Shown: positions 30,101 to 38,317 of the stretch, piece after piece | Layout of the letters: each line of letters opens with the position of its first letter | Numbering within the stretch: the first letter of the stretch is position 1 | Assembly: GCA_026196045.1 (NCBI GenBank) | Contig: JAPHRJ010000042.1 | Location: 4,151-68,150, forward strand | DNA: 64,000 nucleotides | Direction of reading: 5' to 3' | Source: Gammaproteobacteria bacterium | GTDB taxonomy: Bacteria; Pseudomonadota; Gammaproteobacteria; UBA6429; Thiohalophilaceae | Program-made: the position numbers and the translations under genes | The notes under the pieces: model-generated | Database searches by the model: none | Seen by the model: the letters and a program-made list of their open reading frames with translations, nothing else | What the model was told of the DNA's origin: nothing

Positions 30101-30181
30101 TTCTTTTTCCCAGCTAACCAGCACACCTTCAGTCATGGTGTCAGAGAGCTGGGGCATTTTGATTACATAAGGTTCAGACAT
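27122..30181 (-). CDS. Fused E2-E3 of a 2-oxoacid (pyruvate/acetoin-type) dehydrogenase complex: two lipoyl domains, E3-binding domain, acyltransferase core, dihydrolipoyl dehydrogenase
   Basis: Two ETDKAIMDVE lipoyl motifs. PSBD: TPYARQLAGAHGIDLNSITGTGADGSI. Catalytic ADHRIVNGADAAKF. An Ala/Pro linker leads into VVVIGGGPGG...GGECLWRGCIPSK (redox disulfide) and the C-terminal HPHPTQTE. It is one uninterrupted 1019-aa frame. Confidence 0.9.
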   Translation of the reverse strand: MSEPYVIKMPQLSDTMTEGVLVSWEKEIGDKVERGEIVATIETDKAIMDVEVFREGYLSGPMIEVDATVPVGDAIAYLVASADEVQQEGVAPAAAPVEAISEEVVEESVAPVDEAPADAHPVKMPQLSDTMTEGVLVSWEKEIGDKVERGDVVAQIETDKAIMDVEVFREGYLSGPMAEVDAVIPVGEPIAYLVPEAGHVLNTTKSASAAASTADTATPVKAIPSGTVKHKTKIPAMPHGATPAPRPRSGSATPYARQLAGAHGIDLNSITGTGADGSIIAADVMNSNVQKTSTQRIFQVAGEGRPMTAMEKAVAHNMEYSLSMPLFRVTVNIDPSALKAASKAKGFSLTVTLAKAAALAIDKHPIINAVYQHEDRIIEREHVDVGLAVETDGMGLVVPVLRDASNRDLGDLSANWKDLVDRARARRLKPEEYSNPTFTISNMGMMGVAQFDAIPSPGTSAIFAISTLGPQGMPITITADHRIVNGADAAKFLNTFKGLVESPTWLDASAPAAVAAPQTASFDFKLPEGNYDYDVVVIGGGPGGEDCARDLKEHGYKVAMINDAPFPGGECLWRGCIPSKAWRAAADRIRDRAHDEHLGVKGTNKPTLDWAKMEKTRRGVLEKRGGMALNTDKGVKIDVIQGFARFVDDHTIAIDTGGNQDDPHTRAIPGDGSKVKNVTFAGAVIATGAPPFVPPIPGALDGVEAGGVLTSDTVWGLKAAPKRLGVIGGGAIGVEMAQIFQDFGANVLLLEGNERILAEVEPEIAKQLTAVLNDDPRLTIEAGATVKEIKGKPGAMKIVYGGSDDKDHTFSCDYVIMATGKRPVLEPLALDKAGVETEKGVIKADNRCRTSVPHIFAVGDVIGGLMLAHTAGQQGRVAACTIAGEDMVYDQDKDSGVIFTRPEAAFVGLSVDQAKAKGIDAVEVKVPMNIDAKAMITNEIHGLIKIVADKVSHRVIGVHFLADHADTLIGEGVMMVSGDMTLEQVGNAIHPHPTQTELFGELARRLSSRLRRAEKRRKK
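29600..29818 (-). repeat. Second lipoyl-domain copy of an internal tandem duplication
   Basis: aa 122-194, VKMPQLSDTMTEGVLVSWEKEIGDKVERGDVVAQIETDKAIMDVEVFREGYLSGPMAEV..., is nearly identical to aa 7-79, and the underlying DNA is also similar. Confidence 0.85.
29945..30163 (-). repeat. First lipoyl-domain copy of the internal tandem duplication
   Basis: aa 7-79, IKMPQLSDTMTEGVLVSWEKEIGDKVERGEIVATIETDKAIMDVEVFREGYLSGPMIEV... The offset to copy 2 is 345 nt. Confidence 0.85.
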
Positions 30182-30200
30182 AAAATCAAGTTTCTAGGTT

Positions 30201-30329
30201 CGAGTAACAAGTGACGGCGATTCAAATAAAAAACAAACTAATCTCGAATTGCCTGACACTCCTTACTTAATTTTTAATATTTACTTAGTTAACGCTTTTA
30301 CTAGTCACTCGTAACTAGTCACTCGTCAC
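30201..30329. repeat. GTGACGA-type heptamer blocks in inverted orientation between the E1-beta stop and the E2-E3 start
   Basis: Left block cgagtaacaagtgacgg (30201-30217). Right block agtcactcgtaactagtcactcgtcac (30303-30329). They bracket an AT-rich spacer. Confidence 0.55.
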
Positions 30330-31310
30330 TTAAATTTTTCCCATTACCTTCAGTGCACCGTGATACACATCTTCCGCACTTGGGATGGCGGCCTTTTCCA
30401 GTCTGGCGTTATAAGGTACAGGCACATCCGCTGCATGAACACGAACAGGCTGAGCATCCAGAGCAAAGAAACACTCTTCATTAATCACAGCCATGATTTC
30501 TGCACCAACACCTACAGCCGCTTCGTCTTCCTCAGCGATAACAACACGATGAGTTTTTTCCACTGATTTGCGAATAGAGTCATGATCAAGCGGTTTCAGC
30601 GCACGCAAGTCCAGCACTTCGGCATTAATACCGTCAGCTTCAAGACGTTTCGCAGCTTCCAGACACAGATGCACACTGTAGTTATAACCAATTAAAGTAA
30701 TATCAGACCCTTCACGAACGACTTCCGCTCCTTCAAGAGGACGGAAAAACTCTTCATCCGGAATATCTTCTTTCAGGTTATACATTTGCTCATGTTCAAT
30801 AATGATCACCGGATCATTACATCGCACTGCTGATTTCAACATACCGTAGGCATCCAGTGGTCCACGTGGTGTCACCACGCGCAGGCCGGAGGTACTCATA
30901 AACATACGTGCCAGACGCGCGGAATGTTGTGCCGCTAACTGATGTGCAGTACCACCTGGGGTACGCATTACAATTGGACATTGAACTCGACCACCTGACA
31001 TGTAACGGATTTTTGCCGCTGCATTGATCAGGGTATCTAACGCCAGTAGCGCAAAGTTAATGGACATGATTTCAATAATCGGACGCATGCCAACCATTGA
31101 AGCGCCAATACCAATTCCGGTGTAAGAGTTTTCAGAAATTGGGGTATCAATGACCCGCTCTTCACCGTACTTGTCATACAGGCCCAGCGTTGCTTTATAA
31201 GTACCGCCAGCAACACCAATGTCTTCTCCCATTGCAATAACCAGTGGGTCATTTGCCATTTCTTCATCATGGGCGCGACGAATCGCTTCCCAATATGCCA
31301 TCTCTGCCAT
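30330..31310 (-). CDS. 2-oxoacid (pyruvate/acetoin) dehydrogenase E1 component, beta subunit
   Basis: MAEMAYWEAIRRAHDEEMANDPLVIAMGEDIG...DTPISE is a transketolase-like pyrimidine-binding fold. The start is at 31310, with GAGG upstream, just after the alpha-subunit stop. Confidence 0.92.
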   Translation of the reverse strand: MAEMAYWEAIRRAHDEEMANDPLVIAMGEDIGVAGGTYKATLGLYDKYGEERVIDTPISENSYTGIGIGASMVGMRPIIEIMSINFALLALDTLINAAAKIRYMSGGRVQCPIVMRTPGGTAHQLAAQHSARLARMFMSTSGLRVVTPRGPLDAYGMLKSAVRCNDPVIIIEHEQMYNLKEDIPDEEFFRPLEGAEVVREGSDITLIGYNYSVHLCLEAAKRLEADGINAEVLDLRALKPLDHDSIRKSVEKTHRVVIAEEDEAAVGVGAEIMAVINEECFFALDAQPVRVHAADVPVPYNARLEKAAIPSAEDVYHGALKVMGKI

Positions 31311-31326
31311 TGTTAAACCTCGGTAA

Positions 31327-32337
31327 TTATTTCTGCAGTGGACCAATCCAGCGAGGATCGGGGTTGTCATCCAGAACGTATTTCGTCAGATCTTCAACTC
31401 TCGGTTCAGGACTTTCTTCAGCAAATTTAATGATTTCATTTTCCATGTTTTCATCAATTTCTCTTTCCATCGCCTTGATATCATCCTGAGTAATAAGACC
31501 GGCATCGATCAGACGTTTGCTGTAGATATTAATAGGATCACGTTTTTCCCATTCCAGCTCTTCTTCACGGGTACGATAACTTTTCGCATCTGACATTGAG
31601 TGTCCGCGGAAACGATAAGTCATAAACTCGAGAAAGTAAGGACCTTTACCACTACGTACAAAATCAATCGCTTTTTCTGCTGCTTCCATAACGATATCAA
31701 TATCCATACCATCATGTTGACTGGCTTCCATATCGTAAGCGGCAACACGCTTATACTGATCTCTTACCGCCGTAGAGCGATCAATGTGGGTACCAATAGC
31801 GTATCCGTTGTTTTCACAAACAAACAGCACCGGCAAATTCCAGATCTTGGCCATATTCATGGTTTCATGGAATGTGCCCTGATTATTAGCACCGTCACCC
31901 AGGAAGCAAATTGCAATTTGATTTGTTTTCTTATGCTTGCAGCCCATCGCCAGGCCTGCAGCCAGGGGGAAAGGTTGCCCTACCAGCGCATAACCGCCCA
32001 TGAAATTCTGGGTTGGATCAAAGATATGCATGGAGCCACCACGGCCACGGGATGAACCCGTTTCCTTGCCATACAGCTCAGCCATAACTTCTTTGGCTGG
32101 TGCTCCGGTCTTTAAGGCATGAACATGATCACGATAACCCGTGATGACATAGTCATTTTTGTTACCCTGTCCCACGACGGCTTTTTCAAGCACACCCGTG
32201 GCCACAGCTTCCTGACCAGAATATAAGTGTAAAAACCCACCAATCTTGCGTTCCATGTAGGCTTCAAATGTGCGGTCTTCGAAACGGCGGTAAAATATCA
32301 TTTCCCGCAGTAGACGTTTTTTATCGGCGTCGTTCAT
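31327..32337 (-). CDS. 2-oxoacid (pyruvate/acetoin) dehydrogenase E1 component, alpha subunit (TPP-binding)
   Basis: GFLHLYSGQEA, GKETGSSRGRGGSMH, and the TPP motif GDGANNQGTFHETMNMAKIWNLPVLFVCENNGY. Confidence 0.92.
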   Translation of the reverse strand: MNDADKKRLLREMIFYRRFEDRTFEAYMERKIGGFLHLYSGQEAVATGVLEKAVVGQGNKNDYVITGYRDHVHALKTGAPAKEVMAELYGKETGSSRGRGGSMHIFDPTQNFMGGYALVGQPFPLAAGLAMGCKHKKTNQIAICFLGDGANNQGTFHETMNMAKIWNLPVLFVCENNGYAIGTHIDRSTAVRDQYKRVAAYDMEASQHDGMDIDIVMEAAEKAIDFVRSGKGPYFLEFMTYRFRGHSMSDAKSYRTREEELEWEKRDPINIYSKRLIDAGLITQDDIKAMEREIDENMENEIIKFAEESPEPRVEDLTKYVLDDNPDPRWIGPLQK

Positions 32338-32408
32338 AGGACTCCTTCGCAGATAACTCTAAATAAGTTGTTGAATTTATTAGGCTAGGCTCAGATTGCC
32401 ATCTATTT

Positions 32409-32427
32409 ATAACAACAATGTTGTTAT
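32409..32427. promoter_or_regulatory. Perfect 9-1-9 palindrome; candidate operator upstream of the dehydrogenase operon
   Basis: ATAACAACA-A-TGTTGTTAT, about 70-90 nt upstream of the E1-alpha ATG, in the divergent intergenic region. Confidence 0.35.
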
Positions 32428-32687
32428 TATCAATCTGTATCAGCCCCCAGGTATTCCTGGTTTATCAGGGTTCACCAGGCCAATAATTCCGACCAGTTAA
32501 CCTGCTGCCGTAAACAAAGCCGCCTATGATCGGGCTTTTGTCCGCCAAGGTCAAGAAACGAGGGATTATCTTTCTAGAAAAAAGCTAACAACTCATTCAA
32601 ATCAATAACTAAAAACAAGCTAGACTTGGCCGATTAATCATTAAGATTACCTGAACGCACAATAATTGAGTATTAATTAACCAAATT

Positions 32688-33065
32688 ATGTCACAAACAA
32701 TAATTGAACAATGGCTGCAAGATCTCAGTAACAGCATCATGTCCTTCGATCTAGAAGCGCACATGGCTCTGGTTTCCAGCGAAGTCCAGGTTTATGGACT
32801 TCCCAGCGGTAAAGTGGTGAACTACCAGCAATGGAAAATTCGTCGGCAGAATGAATTCAATAATGAAGAATTGCAGGGCCTTTCCTATACCTTATTAAAG
32901 GTGAAAAACATGACCCTTCGCCGCCTGGTATTTAATGTTGAAGAAAACATGCAGGCCAGAGATGGCCCATCTTTTATGGTCAACAAAGACATTATCCTTG
33001 AACTGGAAGAAGACAATTGCTGGCGCGTGGTCGAGGAAAAAATACATCACTGGAAAGCCAGCTAA
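32688..33065 (+). CDS. Hypothetical protein, possibly with an NTF2/SnoaL-like fold
   Basis: 125 aa, a clean ORF 17 nt upstream of fumC. The fold guess comes only from size and alternating beta-like segments, and it is not verified. Confidence 0.45.
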   Translation: MSQTIIEQWLQDLSNSIMSFDLEAHMALVSSEVQVYGLPSGKVVNYQQWKIRRQNEFNNEELQGLSYTLLKVKNMTLRRLVFNVEENMQARDGPSFMVNKDIILELEEDNCWRVVEEKIHHWKAS

Positions 33066-33082
33066 CATAGAGAATAACACCT

Positions 33083-34465
33083 ATGGCAAAACAATCTTTT
33101 CGTACCGAATATGACAGCATGGGCGAACTTCAGGTTCCCGCCAATGCCTTCTATGGTGCTCAAACTCAACGCGCGGTAAACAACTTTCCTATCAGTGGCC
33201 TGCCCATGCCTGCGGCATTTATCCGTGCTTTAGCCCTGGTGAAATATGCCTGTGCCACCGCTAACCATGAACTGGGTTTGCTTGATAGTGCCATTGCCGC
33301 CACCATCCAGACCTCGGCCCTTGAAATCGCCGATGGTCAGCACCTTGAGCATTTTCCTGTGGATGTGTTTCAAACGGGATCCGGTACCAGTACCAATATG
33401 AATATGAATGAGGTGATCGCTCACCTTGCCAGTAAAAATTCCGGGATCACGGTGCATCCCAATGATCATGTCAACATGAGCCAAAGCTCCAATGATGTGA
33501 TCCCGACAACTATCCATGTGAGTGCCTGCCTGGAGTTAAATCACAAACTACAACCTGCCCTGCAGCACCTCGCCAATACGATCGAAATTCGTTCGGTGGA
33601 ATTACAAAGTGTAGTGAAAACGGGCCGTACCCATTTAATGGACGCCATGCCCATCACCCTGGGACAGGAGCTGAAAGCCTGGAAAAACCAGCTCGATGAT
33701 GGACTGGCGCGAATTCAATCCAGCTTGCCACGCCTGCTTGCGCTTCCACAGGGAGGCACCGCTGTCGGTACGGGCATTAACGCTCACCCGGACTTTGGAA
33801 AATACGTTGCTCACATGCTGGCAGAAAAAACCAGTCTGGCTTTCACTCCAATGCAAAATAATTTTGTTGGTCTGGCTTCTCAGGACAGTGCGGTTGAAAT
33901 GAGTGGGCAACTAAAAACACTGGCTGTTAGCCTGATGAAAATTGCCAATGACCTGCGCTGGATGAACAGTGGCCCTCTGGCTGGACTGTCAGAAATCGAA
34001 TTACCTGCCCTGCAACCGGGTAGTTCTATCATGCCTGGAAAAATTAACCCGGTAATACCAGAAGCAGTTGCCATGGTCTGTGCTCAGGTCATTGGTAACG
34101 ATACCACGATCAGTATTGCTGGCCAGTCAGGCACCTTCCAGCTTAATGTAATGTTACCGGTCATTAGCTATAACCTGCTGCAAAGTACTGAACTGCTTGC
34201 CACAGCTTCCCGCCAGCTCGCAGATAAAGCCATTGATGGATTTAAGGTCAATAAAGACAACATCAATGCATCCATATCGAAGAACCCAATCCTGGTCACA
34301 GCATTAAATCCTGTTATCGGTTATGAAAAGGGGGCGGCTATTGCCAAGAAAGCCTATGCCGAAAAAAGACCTGTGCTGGAAGTGGCAATGGAAATGACCG
34401 ATCTGGATGAAGCTGAATTAAAAAAACTGCTTGATCCCGGCAAGCTCACAACAGGTGGCATATAA
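33083..34465 (+). CDS. fumC: Class II fumarate hydratase (aspartase/fumarase superfamily)
   Basis: DSMGELQVPANAFYGAQTQRA, QTGSGTSTNMNMNEV, SQSSNDV (fumarase-type motifs), and the signature GSSIMPGKINP. The segment after the signature (NPVIPEAV...GNDTTISIAG) looks more aspartase-like. Confidence 0.8.
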   Translation: MAKQSFRTEYDSMGELQVPANAFYGAQTQRAVNNFPISGLPMPAAFIRALALVKYACATANHELGLLDSAIAATIQTSALEIADGQHLEHFPVDVFQTGSGTSTNMNMNEVIAHLASKNSGITVHPNDHVNMSQSSNDVIPTTIHVSACLELNHKLQPALQHLANTIEIRSVELQSVVKTGRTHLMDAMPITLGQELKAWKNQLDDGLARIQSSLPRLLALPQGGTAVGTGINAHPDFGKYVAHMLAEKTSLAFTPMQNNFVGLASQDSAVEMSGQLKTLAVSLMKIANDLRWMNSGPLAGLSEIELPALQPGSSIMPGKINPVIPEAVAMVCAQVIGNDTTISIAGQSGTFQLNVMLPVISYNLLQSTELLATASRQLADKAIDGFKVNKDNINASISKNPILVTALNPVIGYEKGAAIAKKAYAEKRPVLEVAMEMTDLDEAELKKLLDPGKLTTGGI

Positions 34466-34541
34466 TCATTATATTAGCTTTATTATGCCTCTCTAGAATG
34501 CATAGTATTCAACAACACCGGGCAAAAAATAAGGATAAAAA

Positions 34542-35594
34542 ATGGACGCCTTGGACTATTTAAAAAAACAGGCCAAATCGGTACTTAAAGATAAAGAACA
34601 GGCTACCGGTAAACATGAATCGCTGGATGAATTTCATCATAGCGAGATCGTTAACTGCCTGGATCGTGTCCACCATTACCTGATTGAGTTAATGGAACAA
34701 TTACGTATTGTTTCGCCTGACATCAAGACAGACTTTGAAATCGAAAAACTGGGCACCTTACATGAACTGGTGCAGAAAAATTATCGTCTGTATACCGAAA
34801 ACACTTTTAGTAACTTAACCATTGGGCTTGGCTTTATACTATTCTGTGAACAGGAACACTGCAAAATCTCCACCTCCAGCCCGGAAGATGCTGACAAATT
34901 ACATAATAAACTTCGACATTTAGGTATAGAGATCAATGGTCATATAGTGGGAGAACCTGAAATCAAAGGCTATGTATCTTCCAGCTTATTATTTCGTTCA
35001 GATTATCAACGACAACTTATTAATCTGACCATTAACAATGTAGAAAATAGTGTGGTACATACCTATGAACTCGATCCTGAAAACATTAATAATACCCTGT
35101 TAAATGAACTTGGTAATTATTTATTACGAAAAGAAAATAATTTCATCAACCTTATCAAGCAACAGGAAAGTAGATCTGCCCATATAAAATCGATCAAGGA
35201 ACTGGATGAAGCAGAACCCACATTGACAGAAATGATGAACACCTCCCTGGCTAATAGTTTATTCAAGGGAAAACAACAACTGTATTTAACTTATCACGAA
35301 AAAATTAAAGAGCTAGATTCAAGAGGTGCTGGTTTGGTAGTTGGCCGCAGCACTAAATGTGCTTTCATTATTGATTCAGATTGTGCTTCACGGCAACATG
35401 CAAAATTGTCTTATCGTAAAGGTAAGTTTGTTGTTTCTGACCACAGCACGAATGGCACCTTTATTAAACCTCAGGGTGGTAAAGAAGTTTATATACATGG
35501 CGAAGACTATCCTTTAAGCGGTTCAGGCTTTATCAGTCTGGGTGAATCTATTTCTGTTGACAATGAGCACCTGATTTACTATTCATGCCAGTAA
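34542..35594 (+). CDS. FHA domain-containing protein
   Basis: C-terminal FHA: LVVGRSTKCAFIIDSDCASRQHAKLSYRKGKFVVSDHSTNGTFI. The N-terminal ~250 aa are unassigned. Confidence 0.8.
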   Translation: MDALDYLKKQAKSVLKDKEQATGKHESLDEFHHSEIVNCLDRVHHYLIELMEQLRIVSPDIKTDFEIEKLGTLHELVQKNYRLYTENTFSNLTIGLGFILFCEQEHCKISTSSPEDADKLHNKLRHLGIEINGHIVGEPEIKGYVSSSLLFRSDYQRQLINLTINNVENSVVHTYELDPENINNTLLNELGNYLLRKENNFINLIKQQESRSAHIKSIKELDEAEPTLTEMMNTSLANSLFKGKQQLYLTYHEKIKELDSRGAGLVVGRSTKCAFIIDSDCASRQHAKLSYRKGKFVVSDHSTNGTFIKPQGGKEVYIHGEDYPLSGSGFISLGESISVDNEHLIYYSCQ

Positions 35595-36178
35595 ATCGGA
35601 AGCCACTCCACCGATGTGAATGGGCCGGTAACGATCCCCTGTATATTGATTATCATGACAATGAGTGGGGTGTACCCGTTCACGATGATCAAAAACTGTT
35701 TGAATTTCTGATCCTGGAAGGTGCACAGGCTGGGCTAAGCTGGATTACTATCCTTAAAAAAAGGCAAAACTACCGTAAAGCCTATAATCAATTTGATGTT
35801 AATAAGGTTGCACGCTACTCAGACAAAAAAATCCAGCAATTATTAACCAACCCGGGAATTGTGCGTAACAAATTAAAAGTAAACGCTTCTGTTCAAAACG
35901 CCCGCTCTTTTATTGAAATACAAAACGAATTTTCCAGCTTTGATCAATACCTCTGGCGTTTTGTTGATGGTGCTCCTGTGCAGAATCACTGGAAGACCCT
36001 CAGACAGATTCCCGTAACAACACCTGTATCGGACGCATTGAGTCTTGATCTAAAACAACGTGGCTGTAAATTTGTTGGCAGTACAATTTGCTATGCATTT
36101 ATGCAGGCCGTTGGTATGATCAACGATCATGTCACGGACTGCTTTCGACACAGGGAAATTAAACATTTAACACAGTAA
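35585..36178 (+). CDS. tag: DNA-3-methyladenine glycosylase I
   Basis: RCEWAGNDPLYIDYHDNEWGVPVHDDQKLFEFLILEGAQAGLSW...CYAFMQAVGMINDH. Confidence 0.92.
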   Translation: MPVNRKPLHRCEWAGNDPLYIDYHDNEWGVPVHDDQKLFEFLILEGAQAGLSWITILKKRQNYRKAYNQFDVNKVARYSDKKIQQLLTNPGIVRNKLKVNASVQNARSFIEIQNEFSSFDQYLWRFVDGAPVQNHWKTLRQIPVTTPVSDALSLDLKQRGCKFVGSTICYAFMQAVGMINDHVTDCFRHREIKHLTQ

Positions 36179-36196
36179 CTACCGGTATCTCGTTCT

Positions 36197-37117
36197 ATGT
36201 CTGTAGAAAAATTTAAACACTTTATTGGTTTTGAATCGAGCCATGTCAGCCATACAGAAAAGCTGGCATCCGCGATGGGAGGTTTTGTCGGTATCAGTCT
36301 GATTGCCCTGATCAGTTACTGGTTCACCGGTGCCAGTGGCAGCACATTGATTGTCCCTTCCATGGGGGCCTCGGCTGTGCTGGTCTTTGCCGTCCCACAT
36401 GGCAAACTATCTCAGCCCTGGGCACTGTTTGGTGGACATCTATCTTCTGCGCTGATTGGCGTGGCCTGTTATCAGTTTATACCCAATTTATTTTTAGCGG
36501 CTGGTCTTGCTGTTGGGCTCGCCATTGGTGCCATGCATGTTTTGCGCTGTATCCATCCACCGGGAGGTGCGACAGCATTGGCGGCCGTGATCGGTGGCAG
36601 TGCTATTCATGAACTGGGGTACAGCTATGCCCTTACACCGGTTTTATTAAACTGTATTATTATTTTCATTGTTGCGCTGACATTTAACAGTGTTTTCCCC
36701 TGGCGACGCTATCCGGTCACACTCATGCGCTTTACAGATACACCAAAGACACTCCAGAATAAAACCATTTTACCCTTCAAACAACATCATCTTGAAAAGG
36801 CTATAGAAGATATGGATCTTGTTATTGACGCCACGATCGATGACCTGCAGAGTTTATTTACGCTGTGTTTGAAAGAAGCACAACATGCACGACTGAAACC
36901 CGCCGATATTAAGCTTGGCCATTATTACAGCAATGGGCTCCACGGAACAGAATGGTGCGTGAGACACATCATAGATGAATCCCACCACACCGATCCTGAC
37001 AAGGACATGGTCATTTATCGCATTGCTGAAGGTATCGGTCTACGTAGTGCTGATAGCTGTAGCCGTACCGAGTTTGCCCACTGGGCCGATCATGAGGTCT
37101 TTGCCACTAAAAAATAA
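36197..37117 (+). CDS. HPP family membrane protein with a C-terminal soluble extension
   Basis: The HPP signature IHPPGGATAL lies within 4-5 TM segments, followed by a ~140-aa hydrophilic tail. Confidence 0.8.
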   Translation: MSVEKFKHFIGFESSHVSHTEKLASAMGGFVGISLIALISYWFTGASGSTLIVPSMGASAVLVFAVPHGKLSQPWALFGGHLSSALIGVACYQFIPNLFLAAGLAVGLAIGAMHVLRCIHPPGGATALAAVIGGSAIHELGYSYALTPVLLNCIIIFIVALTFNSVFPWRRYPVTLMRFTDTPKTLQNKTILPFKQHHLEKAIEDMDLVIDATIDDLQSLFTLCLKEAQHARLKPADIKLGHYYSNGLHGTEWCVRHIIDESHHTDPDKDMVIYRIAEGIGLRSADSCSRTEFAHWADHEVFATKK

Positions 37118-37235
37118 ATACAGGTTGGATTATGACTTACAACTTTCAATCTAATTTTATTCGTCACTTAGAATGCACACTACAATCTAATATAACTGTA
37201 AGCACATCTAACCCAACCTACACTAGATTGATATT

Positions 37236-38270
37236 ATGGATAAAATAACACTGTCTCGACCTGATGACTGGCACCTGCATGTACGTGACGGTGATGTTCT
37301 TAAAAATGTCATCCCAGATACCGCACGACGTTTTGCTCGCGCTATTATCATGCCTAATCTCAAGCCACCCGTTACCACTGTTACGCAGGCACTGGCCTAC
37401 CGTGAACGCATTCTTGCCGCTATCCCGGATGACTGTCAGTTTGAACCTTTGATGACCTTATACCTGACTGATAATACTTCAGCCAAAGAGATTCAACTGG
37501 CTGCCAGCAATGCCCATGTTCATGCCGTAAAATATTATCCCGCCGGAGCAACAACGAATTCAGACTCCGGGGTGAGTGATATAAAATACACCTATACGGC
37601 TCTGGAAAAAATGGAACAGACTGGCCTGCCATTACTGGTACACGGTGAAGTCACCGATCCCAATGTCGATATATTTGATCGTGAAGCCGTATTTATTGAG
37701 TCCGTCCTCGAGCCATTACTCAAACGTTTTCCAAACTTACGCCTGGTACTGGAACATATTACCACGGCCCATGCCGTCGACTTTGTGAAGTCCATGGCAA
37801 GTAATGTGGCCGCCACCATTACTCCCCACCACCTGTTGATGAATCGTAATGATATTTTCAAAGGTGGGATTAACCCGCATCATTATTGTTTACCCATCTT
37901 AAAGCGAGAAGCCCATCGTACTGCGCTGATTGAAGCAGCGATCAGTGGTAACCCAAAATTTTTCCTGGGTACAGATAGCGCACCACATTCACAGGCCAGC
38001 AAGGAATCATCCTGTGGGTGTGCTGGTATATATTCTGCCCATGCGGCCATCGAGCTTTATGCCGAAGCTTTTGAACAGGCCAATGCACTGGATAAACTCG
38101 AAGCCTTCGCCAGTTTTTTCGGGCCAGACTTTTATCGTTTACCACGAAACACCGATAGCATTACCCTGCGACGTAAATCCTGGGATGTCCCTACTGAGCT
38201 TCCATTTGGAAATGAAACACTCATTCCCCTTCGTGCAGGACAGACCGTTGCCTGGCACCTGGATAAATAA
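37236..38270 (+). CDS. pyrC: Dihydroorotase (E. coli-type homodimeric class)
   Basis: [54 protein letters not shown]. Collinear with E. coli PyrC. Confidence 0.95.
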   Translation: MDKITLSRPDDWHLHVRDGDVLKNVIPDTARRFARAIIMPNLKPPVTTVTQALAYRERILAAIPDDCQFEPLMTLYLTDNTSAKEIQLAASNAHVHAVKYYPAGATTNSDSGVSDIKYTYTALEKMEQTGLPLLVHGEVTDPNVDIFDREAVFIESVLEPLLKRFPNLRLVLEHITTAHAVDFVKSMASNVAATITPHHLLMNRNDIFKGGINPHHYCLPILKREAHRTALIEAAISGNPKFFLGTDSAPHSQASKESSCGCAGIYSAHAAIELYAEAFEQANALDKLEAFASFFGPDFYRLPRNTDSITLRRKSWDVPTELPFGNETLIPLRAGQTVAWHLDK

Positions 38271-38317
38271 AAAACTGAATTGCTAAAAATAAACCAGAAA
38301 TATAAATATACTCAGGG

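Noticed and set aside
29585-30214. A 209-aa ORF on the plus strand with an internally repeated sequence
   Set aside because: It is antisense to the duplicated lipoyl domains. Its internal repeat only mirrors the lipoyl duplication on the coding strand.
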